DNA from: Paraspadella gotoi
Taxonomy: Eukaryota; Animalia; Chaetognatha
Direction: 5' to 3'
NCBI GenBank assembly: GCA_051294375.1
Contig: CM119264.1
Span: 12,092,263 to 12,156,262, forward strand
Length of the DNA stretch: 64,000 nucleotides
Positions 29,257 to 42,200 of the stretch are shown here, one piece after another (position 1 is the first letter of the stretch; every line of letters begins with the position of its first letter). The notes under the pieces were generated by a model. That model worked only from the letters and a program-made list of their open reading frames with translations, was not told the DNA's origin and made no database searches. A program made the translations under genes and the position numbers.

Positions 29257-31540
29257 ATCGCGAGCGAATTTCGAAACAAGAGCGACCGGCCTTCGCCCTC
29301 GGGGAATGCAAAGCAGCGAAGCAAATCACATTTTAACTACCTTTGATTTAAATAAAATAAGAAATAAATATTAAATAAGCATATTATAATAAATTAAAAA
29401 TTAATTGTATTCACATAGATAGAAATAAATTATGGAAGATATTTCTAAATGAAAAATCGCAACCACTGATAATGCTTTTTAACCCTTTGTCTTCTCAATG
29501 ATAGGATATTTGATCGCAACAATGGAAGGCGATGGTTATTTTAGATTCAACTGGCGTTCGAGTTTATCTGAGTCTCGATCCTTATCAATTCTTTTTTTTT
29601 CGATCTCGTTGAAGCAGCTCCGATTTCGTGATTTGGGGACCACCGACGTTACTGTGCTAAAAATTATTTTTGAAAGTTATACGATTAATTTATTACGTGT
29701 AATTTGGTACAAAAAACTACGTGCTATCCGTTGACTCAGTTATTAAGACTAACTTGACCGTAATTTTCTTTTATTTGTTTAATCAGAAAAGTATTTCAAT
29801 ATCAATATTAATCGTCGAAAGTCCCTACGACTAGTCAATAATCGGAAACAAGATTAGTTCCCTCCCCAATCTCGTTCTCATTTCGCCATCTGTGACAAGG
29901 AAAAAAAAATAAGAAAACAAAACAAAAAAAACGTCGTTTTTACTGCCTTCTTTTTTGTTTTTAATTTAACTTCAAATATCGAAAGAAATGTTTTGTATTT
30001 CATTGAAACGATGAAGAGAAACGATACAGTTGTTATATTGCTCCCTCATGTGTAATAATTAAAAATGAAACCATGTACGTATCTTTATATGAAATTGTGA
30101 CTGTACGATTTTTCTCGACATAAATCTGTGGTTTCGAAACAAAAGTACAATTTTAAATTGAGAATTGAAGCTCATACGTTCCGTCTATTACGCTTTACGA
30201 AGGTAGATTAGATTATAGTTAGATTATATTCCATTGAATTTTTCTTGGGGCTAAGTTAGTTTGTAATAAAAAAGACTAACCAAAATATTTCTAATCTGTG
30301 AAAAAATGCAATTACGTACTGCTGTCTATTCATTCTAATTTTTTTGTGAAAAGAAAAGTTAAAAGGGTTTTACTTTTATAATTGGAAAAGAATCGACTCT
30401 AGTTTATGGTTCATCACCGCATCAGTCGGATATTTATAATCGCATTCCCGCATTCACCGAAAAAAAAAATTGGGTTAATCAAGAATGATTACATTTTTCG
30501 GCTGACGAACGACGACCAGGATGAAGTTGCGACGGAAATAATGACATTTCAGGGGCGAATCTGAGACGACTGATCTTTAGAAATGAATCGGCAAAGCCAA
30601 CGTTGAAAGTTGAATGGTCTTCTACTGCAAAAATTGATTTCTGTTATATTGATTACTATAAATTTAGTACACATGATGCCGATTGAAACTGATAACTTGC
30701 CAAAATCAGTATCGCAATTAAGGGCTTTACAAGAAGTTAAAGTCGCAGAAAAAAATATACGTATAAATTTCGAGCCTCAACGAAAAAAAATTCAAAATAG
30801 AATAAAAGAAAGGAATAGAATATATCATATAACTAAAATTATCATCCCGTCGCTAGAGAAAGATAATAAACATTCGATGAAAGTTCGACAATATATTCAT
30901 ATCTTTGAAAATCAACCCTGATCAGATTTAAAAAAAAAAAGAAAGAAAGAAAAAAAATCCTCAAAGAACGTTCATGCCGAAATCGGTACCTCGCTTGGAG
31001 CGAGATTATTTCGCCCGAACGAAACTTTAAGAAATGAGACAAAACAAATTTAAAAAAAAAATCGATAAAACTTTTTCGAGTATCACAAGGGCGACATTTT
31101 ATTTTACCTAGTACCTCGTTTATAAATTTCGGGAATAAGCACAAACAAAAAATTGCTAACAAAGGATTTAAAGGGAGAAAAGAAGGCCTGACGAGCTGAG
31201 CTTCTCAATCCTCGTTGGAAGGAAGAATCGAATCAGGAGCTCGAAAAATTTTCAACATGGAATCATTTCTCGGTCGCTTCTCTCTGCAGTGCTGACTAGT
31301 TTTTCCAGTTTTAATCTCGATCAAGTTTTTTTTAACCAGTTCTTTGAATCAATCTTCATGATAACTTATTAACATTCTATTACAAACTAGTAACTTTATT
31401 CATATTTAGATTAAACGGGGAAATGATAATATTGAAAAATATTCTTATTATTTGGCATTATTTCTTCTTTTTTTTTCTATTCAATTCAATAAGTGGAAAG
31501 TATAATGTTCTTAACTTAAATTTTAAAAAATTCACTAGTG

Positions 31541-31626
<86 letters not shown>

Positions 31627-32921
31627 TCCTTTAATCCAAATAATAATAATCAGTTAATACTGATTACGGATAAATATAACTTTAACAATTAAAACGGTAA
31701 TTTTATATTGGCCCATGTAATTTTGACATCAGTAGATAACCATGTTCTATAATTTATTTGTTTGAATGCATAATTTATAATTTTTTCTGTTCCTGACTAA
31801 TGTAGCAGATCTTTTTCCTTTTCCGAATTTGTTACTTTGTTCCATGGTGGTCTGAGTTGGCTTTTGAAGAAACTCTATAAATTTAGAATAAATGTATAAC
31901 TAAAAGATTATAACATTAAGTTCTTCATTCGTCTCGTAATTTTGACTGACCAAGTGTCTCAATGTTGCTTGACTAGACCGAAAAAATTAATCTTTTTCCC
32001 GTTTAATATGAATTCGCGCAAATCCTGTTTTAAACATTCGCCCTACGAATCAATGAACAATTTTTTTCCTTCAGTTTTCAAAATCGTCTTTCAAAAATCA
32101 AGAACTCAATTTTTTTTAAAATTTCAATTTTCATATCGCGAAAATTTCGATAATCAGATTGAAACTTATTTACAAACGTACTTTTAGTTTTTAAAATTTG
32201 TCAAAAAATATGCTAATGAACTAATCTGAGAAACCTTTTTTTAAAATAAACTTTGGTATTTTCCTTTTGAAGGAGGCGACGAGATTCAACTCTGCTTTTC
32301 CCCGGAGATTGTCGTCAGAGACCAGACGCTCGTCGAAGCCTCGATCGTGTCATCTCTGAGATAGTCGCGCGGTTGGCCCCAGAGCGGACTCTCAAATACC
32401 ATTACCAGACTTTTTCTGCGGAGAAAGAGATACGTTGAAACTTCTTACGAAAAAAAAAGTTGACGAGAATGATATCAAACAATTTTGTGCAATGTAGTAG
32501 TTACTCAGCGAAACTTGTTTACATCGAGGTTTTACAGCATAATCCGTAAGACACAATTCATTCCTGGCGATAATTTCAGGTGAGAAATCTATATTCACGG
32601 GTATCACTTAAAATGGTTTTACGTGCTATGCTACATCTTCAATATAAGTTGTCTTGCAACTAAAGCATTCGTTTTATTTTTTTATTTAATAAGTCCTATT
32701 ACATATCTTTGAGATTTTTTTCTCGGCTTCTACTCTTACTAAGTTCCTTATATCTGGATATAATATTCAATATATTACATTTAACGGGCAAAATATAAAA
32801 AAAAGTAGCCAGCACGTTGTCGATTTCGTTCCGGTGATGAAATGACGGTCGTTGTCGGTCGATCTTGTCGTTGTCGTCTAGTCACTAGTATATCCCTCAT
32901 GGATTAATACTTAATGGTTTC

Positions 32922-35900
32922 ATGCGATTTCGTCAATCGATTTCTTTCTGGGTAAGTGATGCTCATTGCTATTCAATAATAATTACAAAAATAATATATT
33001 TGTAATTGATGTACCAGATAAAATTTTCAATCTTAAAATGTGCAATGTGCCATCATCGAGGTGGTTTGTCCTAAACTAAATCAAATTTTTATTAACATCT
33101 GTTTAGTTCATGATTTAAAAACTATTATTTTTTTATTTAAAGATACCTCCGACACGATGGCATCGAACATTAATAATTCATTAAATTACGCCTCGACGTC
33201 CTATGTCTTTCAAGGTACTTTTTAAAAGCGCTTTAAACATTTTATTATATTATATATTGTAAAATATTTTTTTCACTCCTGAATCCACCTATCAAACTGT
33301 TAAAAATCGTGAAAACTTTCATCATTAATTGCATAATTCCTACTTCTAATTATTAGTGGCATTTTATCCGCTGTCTTTTGTTTCCGGCTTTACATTTCGC
33401 TAACGCTCTACAGATGTCTCATTCGAGTCTTCGACTACCACGAATATGACGATGACGACAGCGACGCCGGAAGGGCGTGGCTTCGTCGCAGGGTTCGTGG
33501 CGTCGATCAGCGTAATCCTTGTCTCGGAACTGGGTGACAAAACCTTTTTTATCGCGGCGCTAATGGCCATGAGAAACGGGAGAATCATGGTTTTTTCGGG
33601 TGAGTTTATGCTCACGGTGCCTCGTTGCAAACAGGGTGGGCTTCAGTAAGTACGTGAATTGGGTAAAAGTTTGAATTAAATATCTTAGGCTTCAATTTGA
33701 AGATGCTCTTTTTTTATAAAAAAAAACAAAAAACAAAAAACAAGGTCTCGTTTTTTTAAATTTCATTTCAATTCATTGTTCATAAATCTTTAACATTTCA
33801 GGCGCACTGGCGGCATTGGCTTCCATGACAATTTTATCTGCATTGGGCGGAAAACTCGTTACGCAAATAATTCCGCGGTAAAAAGATTAGGTTAATTTTA
33901 CTTTCGCCGACCGGGGTTGGGGAGGTTTAGGGTTCAAGGTAGTTTAGGGTTAGGGGTGGTTAGGATTAAGAGGATTTAAGGTTAGAGTAATTAGGTAATA
34001 ATTTTTAAAAAAATTTTTTAACAAAAATAATTTTAAAAAATTTTAAGTAAGTATTTTAAATAATTTTTAAAAATGCCAAAACCCCGGTCAGCAAAAGTAA
34101 AATTTTGCCAAAAAAGTTGCTTATTTATATTTAAAGAACAGAATTAATAATGTTTTTTCTGTTGTCCATCGTTGAGGCGATTTTGGTCAAAAGTCTAGTT
34201 TTAAAAGAGGTAACCGAAGACAGCAGTAACGCAGTAATCTCTACTTCAGGGACTATACGTTTTACATCTCCGCGGCGCTGTTTTTTATATTCGGGATGAA
34301 GATGGTGCACGAGGGCTACATGATGTCGCCCGATGAGGCCAAGGAGGAGATGGAAGAAGCACAACAAGAGATTGCTCAGCATCAGCAGCCTGCTCGCCAG
34401 AATCAACGACAGCAGAATCTCAGAGTGAGAAAAAAACAAAACAAAAGGGACAACAAATGAAAGAAGAATAATAAGAAAGATTAATCAATTTAATGAACGA
34501 ATGAATGTCTTCCGAATTTCCGGTTTCAAATGTATTCTATTCACAGCCAGACGAAACAGACGTCACGGTTAATTTTGTAAACAATAACGACGCCGAGTTG
34601 GCCGACAACATGGGAGGCGATGTGGAATCCGGTTCGGCGGTATCGTCTGCGTCGCGAGTTTCGCCAATCGAGGGCGCCCTTTCCGACGCGACCGCCGGAA
34701 CGCCTACCCCCCAGCCCCCCGCCAAAACGCTCAAGAAACTCCCCCTTGCGAAAGACTGACGAAGGCATTGTGCAATTTTTTCCGGCGACGCGTTCTCTTG
34801 TCTGCGATGGGCGTGTCTCTCTCCAGCGCATTTTTCAGGTTATGTTCGGGAATTGAAAGTTTAAATCAATTATAATCCAGCTAGTTATAATTAAGCTTTC
34901 TTTGATATATTTGTATAATTATAAATTTAATCCCACTGTAAAATTATAAGTTTTTTGTTTTCCAGGCTTTCACGTTGACCTTTGTGGCGGAATGGGCGAC
35001 CGGTCGCAACTTGCAACGATTGCCTTGGCGTCTCGGTTAGTGTGATTTTAACTTCACTTCTTTTTGAAGTCTTTCCCTTACCAAGTTATCAGCTCTTTTT
35101 CTTCGCTTCTATTCCTTAAACTACACGGATTTCAAATGGGGAAAAAAGAAAGTTCTTATAACTCTTAACTAGGTGAATGTGATTAATATTTGTTCATTTC
35201 AATAGTTAAAAAATTTCCTGATGTTTATGTTCCTATATAACAAATACTATAACAACTGGTGCGCGTGCCTTCTAGTTCTAGCAGCTTTTTTTGCAACATT
35301 TCTCCCCTCTTATTTGATAGTTTCATTTTAAAAAAAATTGTCAAAAAAATTGAGCCAAAAAATTTAATTTCTTTATTATACATTAGTATAATGTCTTGGG
35401 AGCATGAAAAAAAATTATCATTTATACATTTCAAGGTTTAGTCAGGCAACAAGCACTTGCCAGTTTTAACTAGAAAAACCATAAAATGAAAATGGCTGTC
35501 ATTGTGGTTGTGAAAAAGCTTTTGACATTCTGATTGCTCAGGCACATACTCCAATGACAATGTCTATATCTGTAAAATGAACCAAAATTTTTTAACATTT
35601 TATTTTTTTTAAAATATATCTAATCACAGAAAAGTCCTTTTCAAATGAAAAAAAATTTGCTTTTTTGAAATTCGACCATGCCATTGTCATTGCATTGCAT
35701 TGATGAGCACATAACTAAGAAAGTAAGCAAGTTGAACTACTGGGAGTTGAAAAATAAAAAAAGTAAACGATTTTTTTACCAGAGTACAAAATCTGAAGTT
35801 GCTATAACAAATTATTTAGCCACAGTCACTGATATTTTCCATTTCACTCCCATTTGAAATCCGTGTAATTACGCGAGCGCTGCTTGAGTTTTAAGAAAAA

Positions 35901-36220
35901 CAAAACCTAAACAATATCTCTTGTATCGCTAGAAATTTGGCACAAATAATATAAAAATTATACATTGGCTTTATTGTCCCTGTCTTCGGGCATGCTGGGT
36001 TAAGCCTAAGGCATCTTACAGACTTTTTCTACCAATCTCCAGAGAAGATGTAGGCGGCGTGATAGTGGGCGGAATTCTCGGTCACGCCCTCTGCACCGGA
36101 AGTGCCGTTATCGGCGGTCGACTACTCGCCTCGAAAATTTCCGTTCGCCACGTGACTCTTTTGGGTGGACTCGTTTTTATCGTTTTCGCCTTCGTCGCCA
36201 TCGGGATGGGCCCGGATTGA
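32922..36220 (+). CDS. TMEM165: TMEM165/GDT1 (UPF0016) Golgi Ca2+/Mn2+ transporter; core exons 33414-33599, 33802-33877, 34250-34424, 34547-34838, 34966-35035, 36043-36220; tentative 5' exons 32922-32951, 33018-33060, 33143-33214
   Basis: Motif 1 'SISVILVSELGDKTFFIAALMAMR'; 'YTFYISAALFFIFGMKMVHEGYMMSPDEAKEEMEE'; motif 2 'AFTLTFVAEWGDRSQLATI' (needs one extra G at 34994-96); 'GHALCTGSAVIGGRLLASKISVR'. Splice phases are consistent; the start is uncertain. Confidence 0.92.
33894..34104. mobile_element. MITE/foldback-like element in a TMEM165 intron with 23-bp inverted ends and internal GGTTAG-like repeats
   Basis: AATTTTACTTTCGCCGACCGGGG (33894-916) vs CCCCGGTCAGCAAAAGTAAAATT (34082-104), 2 mismatches. 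Confidence 0.7.
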
Positions 36221-36917
36221 CGGACAGTGCCGGAGAGAAGGCTGTTCCGATTTCTTTTTTTTCNNNNNNNNNNNNNNNNNNNNNNNNNTGGATGACTGGA
36301 CTTGTGATAATTTTGATTAAACACCTGTTATCAAATGCAGCTCTTTTGGTTTAATCCAAAATGAAATTGAGATTTTCAATCTTGTCTGCATACCGTAGGA
36401 ATGAGCCTAGCGATTTGTTTTTTTGCTCCATTATCTTCCTCGGTTTTCACCTATTATTATCATTTAGTGTTTACTGATGATGAATTATTTCTTAGTTATT
36501 GAATTAATTAGTAAAGAGTTTAATTCCTAAACTAGTTTTTTATTATTTAACAAGCGTTTTTTTTCATGAGCGATGAAAATGGTTAAGATAGTTGCCAGCA
36601 TAAAACGTATATGGAACAAAAAAATTTAAAATTACAAATAGCTTTTGACCTAATGCCTCGGGGTAGCAAAACTTATAATTCCAGAGATGATAATCCGTTC
36701 TAAAATATAAGATTTAATTAAATGTTGAAATCAAATCTATTTAAAGAATAGAATGAAATCGATAGGATACTTCAGCAAGTAATAATATTTGCTTAGTTTA
36801 CAAAGTAGAAGAGTTTTATTTTAATTATCGTACATGTTTCGGTTTTGGTTGAAAACCATCATCAACGCATAATACTTTCTGAAAATTTTATCTTATTACA
36901 TATTTTATTCATAATAT

Positions 36918-37153
36918 TATGGCAATAGCCGGGTTGCCTGTGATGCCCATGGGGTGGGGCATCTCACTGTTGGCTTTAGGGGCTACTGACCCTCAGTGAC
37001 GCCTCCTGATACTGGCGCTGGTTACCCTCGGACCGTCTCGCTTTGCCAACGCAGAGGGAAGTCGTTAGGACTGTGGAAGTGTGTGGATGGAACGTAACTC
37101 TTGGGATTGGCTGAACGATGGTGGATGTGAGGCGGTGAGAATATACCGCCACA
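36918..37153. mobile_element. 236-bp inserted element, family member B (same family as 19660-19916)
   Basis: Termini TATGGC...GCCACA, flanked by the 4-bp direct repeat ATAT (36914-17, 37154-57). GC-rich island in AT-rich DNA; shares 'taggggct...gaccctcagtgac.gcctcctg..actggc', 'ggatggaa' and 'gtgaggc' with member A. Confidence 0.75.
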
Positions 37154-37299
37154 ATATATCAAATAAAATTAAGATATAACTTTGTTTAGACAAGAAACGA
37201 AACGAAAAAAGCTAATTACCTCGAAGTCTAATTTCTTCTTCATGTCGAACCATGTCATTACGCATTAAAATGACTCAAAAAAAAAAAAAAAGACCTTCT

Positions 37300-37944
37300 T
37301 CAATGTTCTGGCACCAACGGCCTGAGAGGTAGCACCACCGAGGGCGAGGGATCAATCTTATCGACGAGATGGCACGAGAACGAGTCCTCGTAATCCGGAG
37401 GCGGCACGTCAACCGGCTCGTATGGTGGTGGAGGCGCTTCGTCGTTCTTTAAAAAGAGTTCTTCGTATGAAGGCGGCGCCAGCACGGCAACCGGGGCCGG
37501 ACAATCATCAATTCGCGAGACTTGAAACGGCTCCCGGTCGCCGGCTCCGTTTCGCGATTGTCCCAAGTAGAAAAAAGCGACGAAGAGAAAGTCAAAGATG
37601 TAGACGGACAAGACAACAACGTTGGGTTTTCCGTCGTCGCCAACGGCGAACGCCGCCAGGGGGCCGAGGACGAAATCGACGACGACGACGAAAAAGACAA
37701 ATGCGCGGCGGAACCGCTGGGTCGACGTCGAAGCGGAGAGTCGGTAGTGAACGAGAAAGAAGGCCCCCGAGGCGAGAAAGACGCCCGAACAAGCGACGAC
37801 GAAGAAGCAAAGAATACGGCGAGCCACGTCCGTCGAGTTTTCCGTTGTCAAGGCGACTATCGCCACGGAGAGCGACGCCAGTCCGAACAAGACGCGAACG
37901 ATACCCATTATTTTGACGAATTTCGGTGGAAATTCCATGACCAA
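37300..37944 (-). CDS. Uncharacterised intronless four-transmembrane protein with three PPxY motifs (214 aa)
   Basis: Four hydrophobic stretches followed by a tail with PPSY, PPPY and PPDY; GC-rich ORF in AT-rich flanks. An in-frame ATG at 37938 is the likely start. Confidence 0.75.
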   Translation of the reverse strand: MVMEFPPKFVKIMGIVRVLFGLASLSVAIVALTTENSTDVARRILCFFVVACSGVFLASGAFFLVHYRLSASTSTQRFRRAFVFFVVVVDFVLGPLAAFAVGDDGKPNVVVLSVYIFDFLFVAFFYLGQSRNGAGDREPFQVSRIDDCPAPVAVLAPPSYEELFLKNDEAPPPPYEPVDVPPPDYEDSFSCHLVDKIDPSPSVVLPLRPLVPEH

Positions 37945-39004
37945 GTCGTAGAGACTAAAAGAGGGACTTTGTTTCGAATAGTTTACTATTTCGAAGTCCT
38001 TACTACGATTTGAGTTGGTTTTTTTTTTTCGAGGTTACTTCGTTTCACTTCATTTGACACAATTTCGACCGGACGAGAAAAACCACTCGATTTGGAAAAG
38101 AACGAGAAAAAATTTTATCGCGATTCGAAGATTGGTTTTTAGTATTTGGAGATAATGTTCCGTATCGCATTCTGGCGTGAACTTCTAAAGAGGAGTTAAT
38201 GGTTATTGGTTTCGTTTTTGAATTTTGCTACCTCCGTTGTCCTTACAGTCTAGGGGTGAATACTTAATTTGAAACAGCGTGAAAAATTATTTCACCGTAT
38301 TCTGAAGAAAGCTGTAAGGAAGTTTAGACCCGAAAAATTCCCCAAAGCCAAAGTCTGTTTCGCCGATGTAAATTGTACGAATTGAATTATATCACTTATG
38401 TCGGATGTTTTTTTCTTCGGTGGTTTAGTCATTGATATTTCGGGAAATGATTTTGGCAAAGATTCTTTGTCTTAGTAAGAAACGGGTCGTAATTGTTTTT
38501 TTCGTTAACGGTTAAAGTTCATATAATACTAGTATATTTAAAAATTGAGGATTGCAACACAAGTCGTAATCAACTCGTAAAAACAAAAATCAGATGACAA
38601 TGGATTTCCCAGAAAAAGTTCTTTCACCGCCTTGTGAAATGAATTATAAGGAATTATAATTTCTTTCGCCGTGAGAGAAAAATGGTTAAAGGTTCCGTCC
38701 TACATAAATGAAGCATTCAAGAACTTAATTCAGTAAAAGAGTTTTTATAACTTGAGATGAACTCTACAGGCGTTCACGAAACTAATTGAAGCACAAAACG
38801 TAGGGGTAAAAAACGGTTTAACGTCTAGCTTTTGATGAATAATTAAAAAAGTAAAATGGAGAGAAACCCTCATCACAAACGGAATATACCAGATGGGAGA
38901 GAAGCTGAAAGAAAGAAAGATGGAAAAAGAGCCAAATACGAAAAAAATTTAAAGGATATAAACCGATGAAACAAAGCAATGAGGATATAATTAATATAAT
39001 ATAA

Positions 39005-39091
39005 ATGTAGCAGATTAATTTGTGAATTGTCTGAAATGAGACCGAGTAACCCAATCTCACTCCAGACAATTCACAAATTAATCTGCTACAT
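39005..39091 (-). ncRNA. 87-nt hairpin (42-bp stem, 3-nt loop); candidate pre-miRNA/hairpin RNA or 3' UTR structure
   Basis: 29 consecutive Watson-Crick pairs plus 13 further pairs. All 5 non-WC positions are A.C on + and hence G.U on -. Confidence 0.5.
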
Positions 39092-39277
39092 AAACAGTGT
39101 AGCCAGAAAAAAAAACAAGATATTAATGCTCGACCGAAATAGTTTCGCTGACTAATGCTGCCAGATTATAATAAGTTAACACATTTTTTAAAAAATAAAT
39201 ACGTGATATATTCTGTAAGTAAAATTTAATCAATAAATCAATAAATTTTGCACATTAGATTCTACGTATTGTCGAAA

Positions 39278-42200
39278 TCATTGGGAGTCGCGAGGAGACT
39301 CGGACGGAGACGAAGATTGAAGAGGAGAAATGACTGGATCGATGGGTGAACGACGAGGACGGTTCGATTCTAAGCAAAAATAAATACATAGGAGATAGAT
39401 ATGTATAAATGATGAGCATAATTAAGGACGAGCAGAGTTGAATTACCGACTTGGAAATTCAAATTGAATGATATTTATTATTTAATCATCATGAAAAGTA
39501 AAGTTTTATTAATTAAAACGAGTATGAAAGAAAATTTACGCCAACATAAAATATATTAAAAAAATTTGTAAAGGATTATCATCATGTAATATGTACTCCT
39601 CACGCGTCACTGCTAAAGCCTAAAATTGCACAATTATAAAAAAACGCCAACTTACCTTTCCTTTGAGCGACCGTGCCAGGCATCCTCGTTTTGACTGCCT
39701 TCGAGACTTCCGCTGCCAACAGAATAGGCGACTCTCGACTGGATGTAGGCGTAGAGGAAAGCGGCGATCGGCGCCCAGACAGAGCCGAGTGGGGCGCGTC
39801 GAGTGGAGACCCGGCCGCAGAGATCGGCGATGATCGTGGGGAAGAGCGGAGCGATGGGGTCAGCCCAGGATCGGGAGTGGGGACCAACTGAGGATGGGAG
39901 GAGGGAATCGGCAACGAACTGGGGGAGGCGGGATCGGGACGGCCCGTCGGTAAGGGATGGGAAGCTGCTCGCGGAACGTCGTAAGTCGATTTTAGTGCAA
40001 TTCTCACGGAGGCGTCCGGCGGGAGTGAAAGAGACTTTGGCTTCGAAGCGTCAGCGTTGCCATCTTCGGACGAACTCTTTCCCTCGTCGCTCTCTATGCC
40101 GCTAATCCCGTTCGAGGTAGCGTCAGAATCGCGACGTAGACGAGGATTGGGCAGTTCGGGTTTGCGTTTTCCGGCGGCCGACGCGTCGCCGCAATCTTTT
40201 CGGGACTCCGGAAGGAATTTTCTCTCTTCCGCGGGAAGGGCTTTACGTTTGACATCGCCCGAATTTCGGTTCCGCGTTCTTGAGTCTTTAGTCTCCATCT
40301 TGTCGACGACCCGCTTTTCCCCGAAGTCTTTCATTCGTGAAACGTTAGAAAGAGGCGACCGACCACTAAGCTCCGCTTCGTATTGCAAATTGGTCAGTTC
40401 CGCCTCCACTGAAGATTTGGAAGACTCCAGTTCGACGACGATCTTCCTTAAACCGTCCACCTCGGCGGCCTGCCCGACAACCATCTCCTTTGCCTCGGCC
40501 AACTGCTTCATTCGCGCCTCCAATTCGTCTCTCATCTTCTCCATGTCGACGCGACTGACGAACTCTCGCTCACGCGACGACGCCACCACCGACTCCAAAC
40601 CCACCACCGACGCCTGCTCCGTCGTCAGCGCAGAACGGAGTGCGTCGCACTCGAGCCGTCTGTCGGAAATTTCCTGACAGGGAAAAACGAATCCGGTAGT
40701 ACGTAATACGAATCAACGAAGATCAGAATTAGTGTTTTGGTAATAATATAAGTACCTGATTTAATTGTTGACAAAGTGTATCCTTGTTTGAGAGTTCTAG
40801 TTGAATCTTTTCCTTAGCCGCGTCTAACTGTGCGGCGAGCCCTCTTAGTGACCGAAGATCACTTTGTAAGGTGTCGATCGTCTGTAAAATTTTAATGTTT
40901 AAAATAGTAAAATCAAAAAAGTTCACAGATGACGTCACATTGTCATTGATACCTGTCTGGCGTCCTTGAGATCCATCTTTAGCTCTTGTATTTCTGTGGC
41001 CAAATTTTGGGACTGGGAATCGCTCATGCTTCGTTCATCTTCCGAAGACCGAAGTCGTTGTTGTAAGTCCTCAACATGGGAAGCCATTTGAGACTGGAGA
41101 GGGTGAAATAGGAGTAACTATAATACTGTAGTAGCCGCGCCAGAAATTTATTTTTTTGGCACAACTTGGAGTTAACGTGAACTCACACGTTCGTAAAGAC
41201 GACCCTCGACTTCCGTTTGTAGCCTGACATTTTCCCCCTCCACATCTCTCACACGCTGATCCAGCAGCTGCATCTGCGAGGACATGGCCTGGATTTGCTG
41301 CACTAGTTCTTCGTGATGAGAATGAGAACCTTCTACGATTTTCGAAGCCTGAAAAAAAAAATTGCGTCAAGATGTGGGAATTGCTAGACCAGAAACATGG
41401 ACGAACCGACCTGCGAAAGGTTTGCTTGTTCTCTAAGCAACTCCAGCTCAACCGCTGAGAGTCTGTCCCGGACAGTTTCTCCTTCTAAATTGAGCCGTTG
41501 TATTTCCGAAGTCAATTCGGCCGCGTCTTCCGTCAACTTCCGGTTCCTCCTCGACAACGCCTCTTTCTCTTGACGGTATTCGTTCTCGACCTCGGCGCGA
41601 GATCTCACGTCTTCTTGGAGATGGCGCAATTGTTTTTCTCGCGTCTCGATGTCAGACGATTGTCGATCCAATTCTTCCTCCAGAGCCTTGATCTGAATCG
41701 TAGGAGAACTAAAAGAGTTTACTTTCCTCAAAACAGAAATATTGACTCATTAAAATACCTCGGTTTCTTTATTCTTTAAAGCATCTTTGATATTATTCAT
41801 TTCGGCGGTAAGGTTGACCAATTGTTCAGTCTTATCGTCGAGAGCTTCTTGGGCCAAATCACGTTCTTTATCGACCTTGAATAGATAAATTATGACCTCA
41901 TCTCGCATTTGGTCACACGCATTTACCGTCAACCTCAGCGCAAAACTTACCACCGAAAGCGCCGCCTTAGCCTTTTCCAATTCGTTCTTCGTCGCGTGAA
42001 GCTTTAAACTCAACTCTTTGACCTTCGTCTCGACTGTCATCGTTTTCTCTCCGCTGGCGCTGACCGACGACGCAGCGGCGGAGAGTTGGCGGCGCAAATC
42101 GATCGTCTCTTCCTGAGCAGCAGCGCATTGCGTCCGCAACTCGGCCACGTGCCCTCGTTCTTCGCGGAGTTCGTCGTGGTTGACGCGAAGTTGGCGCTCC

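Noticed and set aside
33915-33990. TTAGGG/GGTTAG-like repeats (also ~63405-63445) suggesting interstitial telomere
   Set aside because: Short, degenerate and enclosed by inverted ends; better explained as the internal repeats of a MITE-like element.
37123-37134. GGATGTGAGG resembling the vertebrate 7SK 5' end; GCCACA end resembling an ACA box
   Set aside because: It lies at the wrong end of a TSD-flanked element with no other 7SK or H/ACA features.
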